Assembly (NCBI GenBank): GCA_965267575.1
Contig: OZ254086.1
Location: 4,544,001-4,608,000 of the forward strand
Direction of reading: 5' to 3'
Origin: Calditrichales bacterium
Lineage (GTDB): Bacteria; Calditrichota; Calditrichia; Calditrichales; J004
DNA length: 64,000 nt
In this document: piece by piece, positions 28,634 through 37,828 of the stretch
Layout of the letters: each line of letters starts with the position of its first letter
Position numbering within the stretch: the stretch's first letter is position 1
Position numbers and translations under genes: made by a program
The notes under the pieces: generated by a model
Databases searched by the model: none
What the model was told of the DNA's origin: nothing
What the model saw: only the letters and a program-made list of their open reading frames with translations

Positions 28634-28712
28634 TTGTCATCCCGGCCGCCGCGCCGGGATCATTTTCGGCCCACAGGAAGATTCTTCATCCGGCAACCGT
28701 CGGATTCAGAAC
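28634..28712. repeat. Palindromic element (GTCAT family)
   Basis: gtcatcccggc-cgccgc-gccgggatc ... gattcttcatccggc-aacc-gtcggattcagaa. Confidence 0.6.
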
Positions 28713-28732
28713 AATAAAGTAAAGCAATAACC

Positions 28733-28788
28733 CGGTACTTTAGCATGAGTTTTCACCGAAAAAGACAATTTTGGCACTAAAGTATGAT
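28733..28788. promoter_or_regulatory. Two candidate LuxR operators
   Basis: cggtactttagcatgag (28733) and tggcactaaagtatgat (28772), both pseudo-palindromic, upstream of DUF4199. Confidence 0.5.
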
Positions 28789-28847
28789 TTAAATATCGCC
28801 ATCCTGTTTTATTATTGCGCCACACACAAACAAAGCGAGGAAAGCAG

Positions 28848-29372
28848 ATGAAGAAATATATTTTGATATTCGGCGGGATACCGGGCGCAATCCTGTGTAT
28901 TAATATGATCGTCATGGTCAACCTGATGTACAGCAACCCGCAGTTCAAAGGCAACGACATCCTGGGCTACGCCGTTATGGTGGTCGTTTTTTCGCTGATC
29001 TTTTTTGGCACCCGCAGTTACCGCAACAAGGAACTGGACGGCTTTATATCTTTTGGCAAAGCTTTTCAAACAGGCTTGTTGATTGCCTTTCTGGCATCGA
29101 CCATGTATGTGGTGGCGTGGCTGTTTTACTACTACCTGTTCGTGCCCGATTTCATTGATGTCTATATCCAACATGTGCTCAGGGATGTGCCCGGCGCCGA
29201 GCTTGCGGCTAAAAAAGCGGAAATGCAGAGCTTTAAGGAGATGTACAAAAACCCGCTGTTCGTCGTTCTCATTACCTATGCGGAAGTACTGCCTGTTGGA
29301 TTGCTGGTTGCCCTGGTAAGCGCATTGATCCTTAAAAAAAACCCGGCAGGGTCAACGCCGGACAGGCATTGA
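28848..29372 (+). CDS. DUF4199 family membrane protein
   Basis: 'GYAVMVVVFSLIFFG.RSYR...ISFGKAF...PDF...YKNPLF...EVLPVG'. SD 'gagga'. Confidence 0.85.
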   Translation: MKKYILIFGGIPGAILCINMIVMVNLMYSNPQFKGNDILGYAVMVVVFSLIFFGTRSYRNKELDGFISFGKAFQTGLLIAFLASTMYVVAWLFYYYLFVPDFIDVYIQHVLRDVPGAELAAKKAEMQSFKEMYKNPLFVVLITYAEVLPVGLLVALVSALILKKNPAGSTPDRH

Positions 29373-29439
29373 ATAGCTGAATGACTGAATGAGGGTGTTC
29401 ACGCCGGCTATGAGCGTAATTTAAAAGGAGAGAAAATCT

Positions 29440-30006
29440 ATGAGCGTTACAACTTCCACATTGTCCGCGCAACAACGGGATGATTTGATAAAGCTGCTAC
29501 AAAACCGCTTTGAAAAGAACAGGCAGCGTCACAAAGAGCTGGAATGGAAAAACGTTCTGAAACGGCTGGAAGCACATCCCGAAAAACTGTGGTCACTGAA
29601 TGAGATGGAGAGGACAGGCGGTGAGCCGGATGTCGTCGGCATGGATAAAGCGAGCGGCGCGCTTATTTTTTACGATTGCGCGGCGGAAAGCCCCAAAGGC
29701 CGCCGGAGCCTTTGTTACGATCACGAAGCACTGGAGGCGCGCAAGAAGCATAAACCCAAAGACAGCGCCATAAGCCTGGCAAAAGCTATGGACATCACCC
29801 TTTTAAACGAAGAGCAATACCGCGCATTGCAGCAGCTGGGCGCGTTTGACACCAAAACATCAAGCTGGATAGAAACACCCGCCGCCATCCGCAAGTTGGG
29901 TGGCGCCCTGTTCTGTGACCGGCGCTATGACCATGTTTTCACCTATCACAACGGCGCGGAGTCTTATTATGCCGCCCGGGGCTTCCGTGGCATGTTGAAG
30001 GTTTGA
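29440..30006 (+). CDS. DUF4256 domain protein
   Basis: 'EMERTGGEPDVV', 'ESPKGRRSLCYD', 'FDTKTSSW', 'YHNGAESYYAARGFRG'. Confidence 0.88.
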   Translation: MSVTTSTLSAQQRDDLIKLLQNRFEKNRQRHKELEWKNVLKRLEAHPEKLWSLNEMERTGGEPDVVGMDKASGALIFYDCAAESPKGRRSLCYDHEALEARKKHKPKDSAISLAKAMDITLLNEEQYRALQQLGAFDTKTSSWIETPAAIRKLGGALFCDRRYDHVFTYHNGAESYYAARGFRGMLKV

Positions 30007-30058
30007 ATATGGCTTTACATGATCCTTACTACATTCTTCGTAGTGATCAGGGGATAAA

Positions 30059-30811
30059 ATGAACACGCTCGTGCTTTTTCTTTATTTTATTTTGCATTTC
30101 TTTTTCTACCAAAGCGACTCCCAAAATTGTAAAGTCAAAATCGATCATACGCCGATTGTAGTAAAAAACCATGATAGTACCATACAGCGATTTAGGAATA
30201 TGGGGTTCGCGATCAAGCCCGGTTACGTTCATGACAATGGCGTTTTTAATAGTCATATCAAGTTCATGAATTTAACTGGAATAGAGGTTATCAGTATTGG
30301 AATACCGTCAGATGCAATCGCAAAAAGCTACGCAGATTTTTTGAGCGACGGTGAAGGCGGTACTTATTTGGCACTTACAACAGATTCACTCGAAGCAATA
30401 TTATCTCTTCTGAACAAATCAGATTTAGATTACCAGCTGCTGAACTCTGAATTATTTACGTATGTGATATTTGAGAAAACATCCGGATTGGAGCACGTTT
30501 TTCTAATCGAATACAAGAACCCGGTAAGAATTTCATCAAAATATTTAAACCATGTAATAGAAACAGACGGGATAAGCGCTGTGTGGCTTGAAGGCAATGA
30601 GGACACAGCGCGGTTTTTTCGGGTTGTTGGCTGCGAAGAATTGCAATCAGTAGATGCAGATGAAGTTACAACATTTCGATTGGCCAATGGCAAGGTATCC
30701 ATCATAAATACTCCGGCCACAACAAAATACCGGGTGCGGGGAATTAGTCTTACTCGTGACGTCACAAGTGTTGATTCTATGACAATTTCCGGCTTCAAAA
30801 TTGTTAAATAG
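30059..30811 (+). CDS. Secreted VOC (glyoxalase-like) protein
   Basis: 'IDHTPIVV...GFAIKPG.VH.NGVFN.HIKF...GEGG'. AT-rich. Confidence 0.7.
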   Translation: MNTLVLFLYFILHFFFYQSDSQNCKVKIDHTPIVVKNHDSTIQRFRNMGFAIKPGYVHDNGVFNSHIKFMNLTGIEVISIGIPSDAIAKSYADFLSDGEGGTYLALTTDSLEAILSLLNKSDLDYQLLNSELFTYVIFEKTSGLEHVFLIEYKNPVRISSKYLNHVIETDGISAVWLEGNEDTARFFRVVGCEELQSVDADEVTTFRLANGKVSIINTPATTKYRVRGISLTRDVTSVDSMTISGFKIVK

Positions 30812-30822
30812 ATTGCGACTCT

Positions 30823-31272
30823 TAATAATCAGCTAATCGCAATAATCACGGTTCAGACAGTTTCTGCCGGCGCATTATTAAACCACTAATTGGCCTGACC
30901 ACCAATTCATCCTACAGGCTGCGTAATCAATCCTGCGTCCCTTCTTTCTGCCAATTCAGCAAATGCCTGAAATATGATTTGAATGATTTTGTGATGGACT
31001 ATGATTAACAAACCGGCAACAGCTCAATCACACATTCAGCTAAACTTGATAATCACAGCTCAGACAGTTTTAGCGGTGCATTATTAAACCACAAATTGGC
31101 CTGTCCAACAATTCATCCTACAGGCTGCGTAATCAATCCTGCGTCCCTTCTTTCTGCCAATTCAGCAAATGTCTGAACTATGATTTGAATGATTTTGTGA
31201 TGGACTATGATTAACCAAATGACAATGGCTTTATCACATAATCAACTAATCACAATAATCACGGTTCAGACA
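30823..31272. repeat. Tandem array of ~206-207 bp units (two full plus one partial) containing TGTCTGAAC...GTTCAGACA palindromes
   Basis: 'ataatcacggttcagaca'-like motif at 30842, 31049 and 31255; long near-identical block 'caattcatcctacaggctgcgtaatcaatcctgcgtcccttctttctgccaattcagcaaatg' present twice. Confidence 0.9.
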
Positions 31273-31284
31273 AATTACATCATT

Positions 31285-33390
31285 TCACCCATTCCCCTGT
31301 TTCAGCAGGCGCGAAGAGTTGAGCAATATCCCCACATCCGGCAGGGATTGGGCGGCGGCAGCCAGCACCGGCGGCAAAAAGCCAAAGGCGGCCAGCGATA
31401 ATCCGGCCACGTTGTAGGCTGTTGTAAAGCCAAAATTCCAGCGGATAACGCGCATGGTTTTGCGGGCGGATTCCAGTAAGCCCGGTACCAGGTTCCAGTC
31501 ATCGCGGGTCAGCATAATGTCGGCTGTTTCGATGGCCACGTCGGTACCGGAGCTGCCCATGGCAATACCAACATCGGCCCGGGCCAGCGCCGGAGCGTCG
31601 TTGATACCGTCACCCACCATCACCACGGTATGGCCATCGTCCTGGTAGCGTTTGGCCACGGCGATCTTGTCCTGCGGCAGCAGCGCAGCCTGGTAATCAA
31701 TACCCAAACGTTCGGCCAGATGGCGCGCCGTCTGCTCGTTGTCACCGGTCAGAAGCTCGATCTTGTTTATGCCCATCTCACGGATGCGCTGCAGGGCTCC
31801 GGCCGCTTCCCCGCGTTCAGCGTCACGGGCGGCAAGCAGCCCCAGCAGGCTGCCGGCGCGCTGCACGGTGATCACCGTTTTGCCCTCTTCCTTCAGCGCG
31901 TCTATTTTACGGCGGGTTTCATCGTCGGCGTCGATTAAACGTTCGTTACCCACGGTGGCTGTTTCGCCGTTTATGCGTGCTTTCACACCGCTGCCGGTCA
32001 TCTCCTCAAAATGGTCGGAATCCCTTAAGGTCAAAGACTGTTTCCGGGCGGCCTGCGTTACGGCCCGGCCCAGCGGATGTTCGGAATAGCGTTCGGCGCT
32101 GGCGGCAACGGTCAACAGTTCATCTGCCGTGCAGCCGTTCAAAGGGATAATGTCGGATATCTCCGGCTTGCCAAAAGTCAGCGTGCCCGTCTTATCAATC
32201 AGCAGCACATCGGCTTTGGCCAGTGCTTCAATGTATTTGCCGCCCTTGATCAGCACGCCGCGTTTGGCGTTGGAGCCGACTGTCGCCAGCAGCGCCACGG
32301 GTGTTGCCAGGGCAAAGGCGCAGGCACAGGCCACCACCATCACCGCCACGGTGGACATGATGCTGCCGCTCAGAATGTAGGTCAGCAGGGCGATGCCGGC
32401 CACCACCGGCAGATAGTATCGGGAAAATGTATCGGCAAAACGCTGCACCTCGCCTTTGTGGGCTTCGGCCTCTTCCACCATGCGGATAATTTTGCCAAAG
32501 GTGGAGTCGCGACCAATGGCATCGGCGCGTAGCAGCAGCCGCCCGCCCATGGCAATGGTGGAGGCGTAGACGCTCGCGCCCTCAGCCACATCCAGCGGCA
32601 TCGATTCGCCGGTAATCGACGATTGGTCAACGGTGGCGCGACCTTCCAGGACCGTTCCATCCACCGGAATCTTAGCTCCGGGCCGCACGACGATATGATC
32701 GCCCTGCTTCACCTCATTGATCGGTAGCTCATGTTCTCCGCCGTCACGCAGCACAGTGGCTTTTTGCGGAGCCATTTCAGTCAGCGAGCGCACAGAATCA
32801 CGGGCCTTATCGGTGGTATAACCTTCAATGAAATCGCCGGTGCGCATAAAGAAAACCACAATCGCCGCAGTTACCCACTCCCCGGCAATCAGTGCGGCCA
32901 CGGCCCCCAGCGCCATCAGCGCATGCGGCGTTACCATGCCTTTTGTGGCGGCCACTACAACCTGCCGGAAAACAGGCCAACCCATCGCCAGCACAAACAC
33001 GGCGCCCAGCCAGAAAGGCACCCACGCCGTTACCGCTTCAAACAATCCCAGCCATTCCCCGGCCACAACAACAACGAGAATGGCGCCAAATACCAGCCCA
33101 AACAGCCGGAACGATTTTTTGGCCAGATCTTCCATGGTGCGCTTTTCAGCAGCGTCTTGCTGATTCTCTTCCTCCAGCCTGTAGCCGATATCTTCCACGG
33201 CTTTTTTAAATTCAGAAAGCTCCGGCCGCCGCTCCCCCAGGCTGATGCGCGCCTTCTCCGCAGAGAGCAGCACTTCAACATCTTTTACACCGTCAATTTT
33301 CGCCAGGGCCTGCCTGACGTTCCTGGCACAACCGGCGCAATCCATGCCTTTAACTGTAATTTCAGTGATTTCTATTTGGTTTGTCTTCAT
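31285..33390 (-). CDS. Heavy-metal-translocating P1B-type ATPase
   Basis: HMA 'GMDCAGC', 'TGES', 'CAC', 'DKTGTLT', 'SEHP', 'GDGINDAPAL'. Confidence 0.93.
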   Translation of the reverse strand: MKTNQIEITEITVKGMDCAGCARNVRQALAKIDGVKDVEVLLSAEKARISLGERRPELSEFKKAVEDIGYRLEEENQQDAAEKRTMEDLAKKSFRLFGLVFGAILVVVVAGEWLGLFEAVTAWVPFWLGAVFVLAMGWPVFRQVVVAATKGMVTPHALMALGAVAALIAGEWVTAAIVVFFMRTGDFIEGYTTDKARDSVRSLTEMAPQKATVLRDGGEHELPINEVKQGDHIVVRPGAKIPVDGTVLEGRATVDQSSITGESMPLDVAEGASVYASTIAMGGRLLLRADAIGRDSTFGKIIRMVEEAEAHKGEVQRFADTFSRYYLPVVAGIALLTYILSGSIMSTVAVMVVACACAFALATPVALLATVGSNAKRGVLIKGGKYIEALAKADVLLIDKTGTLTFGKPEISDIIPLNGCTADELLTVAASAERYSEHPLGRAVTQAARKQSLTLRDSDHFEEMTGSGVKARINGETATVGNERLIDADDETRRKIDALKEEGKTVITVQRAGSLLGLLAARDAERGEAAGALQRIREMGINKIELLTGDNEQTARHLAERLGIDYQAALLPQDKIAVAKRYQDDGHTVVMVGDGINDAPALARADVGIAMGSSGTDVAIETADIMLTRDDWNLVPGLLESARKTMRVIRWNFGFTTAYNVAGLSLAAFGFLPPVLAAAAQSLPDVGILLNSSRLLKQGNG

Positions 33391-33464
33391 TGTTTAACAC
33401 TGGATTAATAGAGTTTAGCGGAGACGTAAGTCTTGCATTTCTTCAAAATTGAATCTTTCATTCG

Positions 33465-34454
33465 TCAATTCGCCGCTTCAGGTTGTACCCTGTTGTACTT
33501 ATTGCGGTATTGGACGGGCGTCAGGCCGGTAATTTTCTTAAAGGTGGTGCGGAAGGCTTTGGGATCGCTGTAGCCCACATTGTACATTACCTCGGAAACG
33601 TTTTCGCCTGATACTTCCAGGCTCTTCTTGGCCGCTTCGATCTTTACCCGCTGGATGTATTCGACAACGGAGTTTGAGGTCGCTTTCCTGAAGCGCCGCT
33701 CCAGGCTGCGCCGGCCCAGGGCCAGCTTTTCGGCCAGCGCGTCGACGGTCAGCTTTTCGCGGTAATTTTGTTCAATCAGCATCTGCGCTTTTTTCACCGC
33801 TGTGTCGCCATGCTCTTTCTGCCCGCGGAAAATAATAAACGGCGACTGGCTCTCCTTGTTGATATCGATCATATAGGTTTTGGAAACCAGGATGGCGATC
33901 TCGCGACCGGCATATTTTTCGATAAGATAAAGCAGCAGGTTCAGGAAAGCGTAGGCCCCGCCGCTGGTGTAGATGCCGTCCGACTCGGTCATAATTTTAT
34001 CATCCACAAGCTGCACATCGGGGTACATGGCGCGGAAGTTGGCAGCCTCCCCCCAATGCGTGGCGCACGGTCTGCCTTTGAGCAGGCCGGTAGCCGCCAG
34101 GAAAAAGGCGCCGATACACATGCTGGCGATTTCCGATCCGTTGCGGTACTGCTGTACAATCCAGGGCAAAAATTCGTTGTTGCGTTCGATTGCTTCCTTC
34201 TGATCGTCGTGTAATGCCGGTATTACAATCAGGTTTGTCCGGGTAACGTCGCCGATCAGCACATCAGGATTGATGGTAAACAAACCGCTGGCAAGGCGCG
34301 TCTCCCTGGAAACGCCCACAAGCTGAATCTTGAACAGCGGCGGCTTGCCCATCTGCGCCAGGAAGGTATTGACCTGGGAAAGAATCTGGTGCGTGCCGCC
34401 GATATTGACGACACTGGCTGTCCCTCGCGGGATAAGGATGGATACGTGTTTCAT
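33465..34454 (-). CDS. GlxA family (DJ-1/PfpI + AraC) regulator
   Basis: 'ASMCIGAFFLAATGLL...ATHW' plus a C-terminal AraC HTH. Confidence 0.92.
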   Translation of the reverse strand: MKHVSILIPRGTASVVNIGGTHQILSQVNTFLAQMGKPPLFKIQLVGVSRETRLASGLFTINPDVLIGDVTRTNLIVIPALHDDQKEAIERNNEFLPWIVQQYRNGSEIASMCIGAFFLAATGLLKGRPCATHWGEAANFRAMYPDVQLVDDKIMTESDGIYTSGGAYAFLNLLLYLIEKYAGREIAILVSKTYMIDINKESQSPFIIFRGQKEHGDTAVKKAQMLIEQNYREKLTVDALAEKLALGRRSLERRFRKATSNSVVEYIQRVKIEAAKKSLEVSGENVSEVMYNVGYSDPKAFRTTFKKITGLTPVQYRNKYNRVQPEAAN

Positions 34455-34477
34455 GAAAACAATTTAGCGCGAGGCGT

Positions 34478-34514
34478 TGTCGCAATCAACCTCTGAGATT
34501 GGCGTATTTGCACC
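34478..34514. promoter_or_regulatory. Candidate AraC direct-repeat operator
   Basis: tgtcgcaatcaacc / tggcgtatttgcacc, 22 bp apart in the divergent intergenic region. Confidence 0.45.
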
Positions 34515-34614
34515 TTGTAAATCCTACCCTGTCCGGGCTATAATAATCCGCAGAAAATAATTGCTATCAATTTTGTAGCTCTAAAACGCTATATTCAAAC
34601 TTAAAGGAGGGTAC

Positions 34615-35043
34615 ATGCCAACGTTAAATCCCTATCTGAATTTTCTGGGTAATACCGAAGAAGCATTCCGTTTTTACCAATCGGTGTTTGGCGGCAAGCT
34701 GGACATCCGGCGTTTTAAGGATATGCCGGAAACAAGCAACGTGCCGGATAAAGAAAAGGAGCTGGTGATGCATGCGGCGCTGCCAATCGGCAAGAGTAAT
34801 GTGCTTATGGCCACCGACGCACTGGACTCTATGGGCCAGAAGGTGAATGCCGGTAACAACTTTTACATCTCCGTCAATACGGACAGCAAAGCAGAAGCGG
34901 ACAAAATATTCCGCGGCCTCTCCGACGGCGCAAAGATTGAAATGGAGATGGGCGATACATTTTGGGGCGCCTACTTCGGGATGCTGAAAGACAAATTCGG
35001 CATCCAGTGGATGGTCAGCTACGACCGCCCGCAGAGCAGTTGA
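34615..35043 (+). CDS. VOC family (PhnB) protein
   Basis: 'LNPYLNF.GNTEEAF.FY.SVFGG...VMH...FWGAYFGMLKDKFGIQWM'. Confidence 0.9.
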   Translation: MPTLNPYLNFLGNTEEAFRFYQSVFGGKLDIRRFKDMPETSNVPDKEKELVMHAALPIGKSNVLMATDALDSMGQKVNAGNNFYISVNTDSKAEADKIFRGLSDGAKIEMEMGDTFWGAYFGMLKDKFGIQWMVSYDRPQSS

Positions 35044-35061
35044 ATTTTAACCGGAGAAAAG

Positions 35062-35955
35062 ATGCAGAAAATTATCCCTTTTTTATGGTTTGATGACAAT
35101 GCCGAAGAGGCCGTCGATTTATACAGCTCGTTGTTCGAGGACTCCATGACCAACAGGAAAAGCCATTACAGTGATGAGGTTGCTGAAATGTCCGGCCGGG
35201 CCAAAGGCAGCGTGATGACCATTGATTTTGAGCTGGCCGGGCAGCAATTTGTCGCACTAAACGGCGGACCCATGTTTAGGTTCTCGCCGGCCGTTTCCTT
35301 TTTCGTCAACTGTGCCGATGAAACGGAGATTAACCGTCTTTGGGAAAAACTTGGCGCCGGCGGCCAGGCGATGATGCCGCTGGATACATACCCGTTTGCC
35401 GAGAAATACGGCTGGATACAGGACAAATTCGGCCTCTCCTGGCAACTCATCCTGCGCAAAGCGGATCGGAAAATTGCCCCCTGCTTCCTGTTTGTAGGCA
35501 ATCGTTTCGGCCGGGCGGAAGAAGCGATGCAGCTTTACAGCGCCCTGTTTGATGATTCTGAAATCGTCAACGTAGAACGCTTTGGTCCGGATGAAGCCGG
35601 CGAGCAAGGCAAAATCAAGTATGCCGACTTCAGGCTGCGCGGCGAGAGCTTTACAGCCATGGAGAGCAACGCCGGCCACGACTTCGATCTTACACAGGCC
35701 ATTTCGTTTATGGTAATGTGTGCCTCACAGCAGGAAGTGGACAGGTACTGGAACGAGCTGACGAAAGGCGGCGAAGAGCAGCAATGCGGCTGGCTGAAGG
35801 ATCGTTTTGGAATCTCATGGCAGATTGTTCCCACGGTATTGAACAGCCTTATTGGCGGGCCGGACAAGCAAAAAGCCAAAAGCGCCGTGCAGGCCATGTT
35901 GCAAATGAAAAAGCTGGATATCGCCGAACTGACCCGGGCATACCAAAACGGTTAA
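35062..35955 (+). CDS. Tandem-domain VOC family protein (3-demethylubiquinone-9 3-methyltransferase-like)
   Basis: 'QKIIPFLWF', 'ALNGGP', 'CGWLKDRFGISWQIVP', 'AMLQMKKLDI'. Confidence 0.9.
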   Translation: MQKIIPFLWFDDNAEEAVDLYSSLFEDSMTNRKSHYSDEVAEMSGRAKGSVMTIDFELAGQQFVALNGGPMFRFSPAVSFFVNCADETEINRLWEKLGAGGQAMMPLDTYPFAEKYGWIQDKFGLSWQLILRKADRKIAPCFLFVGNRFGRAEEAMQLYSALFDDSEIVNVERFGPDEAGEQGKIKYADFRLRGESFTAMESNAGHDFDLTQAISFMVMCASQQEVDRYWNELTKGGEEQQCGWLKDRFGISWQIVPTVLNSLIGGPDKQKAKSAVQAMLQMKKLDIAELTRAYQNG

Positions 35956-36015
35956 AGCCAAAGAGATCATCAAAAGCAGCATCGCAACGAAACGCAACCA
36001 AAGTGAGAAGAAACC

Positions 36016-36462
36016 ATGGACAAAAAAACCATAAAGAGATCAATCGATATAAACGCCGACAAGGATCAAGTTTGGAACGTGCTCACCGCCGACCGGCACA
36101 CGCGCGCCTGGTACGCGGCATTCAGCCCCGGCTCTTATGCCGAAACGGACTGGAAAGCCGGCAGCACGGTTTATTACAAAGACAGTAGCGGTAACGGCCT
36201 GATCAGTGAGATCAAGGAAAGCCGACCGGGCGAGATCATCTCCGTTGAACACAAAGCGGCCATTGTAAACGACCGGCGGGAAGACAGTCATGAAGAGTCC
36301 AGGGCGTGGGCCGGCAGTTGGGAAACCTACCGCATTGAGCCAAACGGCAGTGGTGTTAAGCTGACGATCGTACAGGATACACCACAAAAGTATTACGACT
36401 TTTTCATCAAAGCCTGGGACGAAGCGTTGCAGACGATCAAAAAACTGGCAGAGAGCCGGTAG
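36016..36462 (+). CDS. SRPBCC/AHSA1-like protein
   Basis: 'SIDINA...VWNVL...W.AAFSPGS...W..ALQTIK.LAE'. Confidence 0.85.
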   Translation: MDKKTIKRSIDINADKDQVWNVLTADRHTRAWYAAFSPGSYAETDWKAGSTVYYKDSSGNGLISEIKESRPGEIISVEHKAAIVNDRREDSHEESRAWAGSWETYRIEPNGSGVKLTIVQDTPQKYYDFFIKAWDEALQTIKKLAESR

Positions 36463-36505
36463 CATTAACCCTGAATAGTTTAAAAGTCAACCACAAGGAG
36501 CAGTA

Positions 36506-37075
36506 ATGCGAAAACTAAAGCTGCAAATGCAAATGACCGTGGACGGATACGTCGCCGGCCCCAACGGTGAAATGGAGTGGATAACGCTGCCCTGGACAGA
36601 CGACATCAATGCCTATGTCAACGATCTGCTAAAACCGGTGGATACAATCCTGCTTGGCCGCAAACTGGCCGAAGGGTTTATCCCCTACTGGGCAGGCGTT
36701 GCAACCGATGCTAAGAATCCCGAACAGGATTCCGGAAAAATGTTTACGGATACGCCTAAGGTGGTTTTCAGTAAAACGCTGGAACAGTCAAAATGGGCCA
36801 ATACGGTTGTGGCCGGAGGCGATATTGTCAAAGAAGTCAACAAGCTGAAGCAGAAAGACGGTGGTGATCTTTATGCCTGCGGAGGCGCGACGTTTGTCTC
36901 GTCTCTTATAAAACACAACCTGATTGATGAATACCACTTGTTTATCAACGCGGCGGCCATCGGCAAAGGCATGCCGATATTTGACAGCCTGGATAAAACA
37001 ATAAACCTAACGCTCGTAAGGTCACTGGCCTTTGAATGCGGTATTGTGGTTTTATATTATAAGCCGCTCAAATAG
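36506..37075 (+). CDS. Dihydrofolate reductase family (RibD C-terminal) protein
   Basis: 'MQMTVDGYVAGPNGEM.W', 'ILLGR', 'PKVVFS.TL', 'LIDEY.L'. Confidence 0.9.
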   Translation: MRKLKLQMQMTVDGYVAGPNGEMEWITLPWTDDINAYVNDLLKPVDTILLGRKLAEGFIPYWAGVATDAKNPEQDSGKMFTDTPKVVFSKTLEQSKWANTVVAGGDIVKEVNKLKQKDGGDLYACGGATFVSSLIKHNLIDEYHLFINAAAIGKGMPIFDSLDKTINLTLVRSLAFECGIVVLYYKPLK

Positions 37076-37101
37076 GAATTCAGGGACGCAAAACTCAATG
37101 A

Positions 37102-37755
37102 TCATTTATGGGCCGTTTGCTTAATTCGAAATTTGTCATAATAGGATTTAAAACCCAGTAACCGGGCAATCGGGATCAGCACAAAGTTTACAGCCTTTTG
37201 TACCGCAACCGGCGGTCCTTCAGCCAGGTAGGAATCAAAATACTGGTTGAACATGGCCATCTGGAAAATGACTTTTGGCGGCTGCATGTTTTGCTCATCT
37301 TCATCCATGTAGCCGTAAACCTGGCTTAGTCCTAAGGCAAAGTCCGCGGGCATCACCACATCCACGGCAACCGGCTTATCCGTGGGATTGTAAGGCTTAT
37401 GAGCGGCCCCCTTTTTCACAGTGAACGCCTTACCGGGTTGCAGCATAATTTTCTCTCCATCTACAATCAGGCCAAGTGTGCCGGAAATGGTTTTAAAAGT
37501 TTCATCCCAGCCGGTTTGAATATGCATGGGCGGCCCTTCCGCCTCAGGCGCAAACTCTAGCTTTAACCGCACTTGCCCGTTTAGCCTCTCCACAACGCTA
37601 ATCTTATCGCCAACAGAAGCGGAGCCAAAGCTGTCACCTTCATTGAGATAGCGGCGCGCGTCAGGTCGTTTTTCCGGAAATACTACGCGATGAAGAAAAT
37701 GCCCCAGCAAGAGATATACTACAAAAATCGCGATAGCTGAAATCACGTAAGTCAT
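37102..37755 (-). CDS. Cupin domain protein with N-terminal TM segment
   Basis: 'GPPMHIQ...DETF...G...LQPG...V.KG..HKPYN'. Confidence 0.8.
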   Translation of the reverse strand: MTYVISAIAIFVVYLLLGHFLHRVVFPEKRPDARRYLNEGDSFGSASVGDKISVVERLNGQVRLKLEFAPEAEGPPMHIQTGWDETFKTISGTLGLIVDGEKIMLQPGKAFTVKKGAAHKPYNPTDKPVAVDVVMPADFALGLSQVYGYMDEDEQNMQPPKVIFQMAMFNQYFDSYLAEGPPVAVQKAVNFVLIPIARLLGFKSYYDKFRIKQTAHK

Positions 37756-37804
37756 AATTTCTCACCTCTTTTTGGGGAAATATAGCACCCGCCTTTGGGC
37801 AAGT

Positions 37805-37821
37805 ATTGTAAAAATGTAACC
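37805..37821 (-). promoter_or_regulatory. Candidate AraC operator upstream of the cupin gene
   Basis: GTTACATTTTTACAATA on the minus strand, directly after the AraC stop codon. Confidence 0.45.
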
Positions 37822-37828
37822 TGAAGCT

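Noticed and set aside
24900..30830. Integron cassette array
   Set aside because: No consistent RYYYAAC...GTTRRRY attC structures after the stop codons and no intI gene.
30860..31170. c-di-GMP-I riboswitch-like 'GAAAGAAGGGACGCA' on the minus strand of the repeat linker
   Set aside because: The GGCAAA lead-in, the P2 stem around GAAA and the GCAAAG continuation are missing, and it lies downstream of a gene rather than in a leader.
30823..31272. CRISPR array or repeated small peptide (minus-strand '...FAELAERRDAGLITQPVG*')
   Set aside because: Units are about 206 bp with a conserved linker and there are no cas genes. The reading frame has no ATG or SD and is closed by TGA just upstream in both copies.
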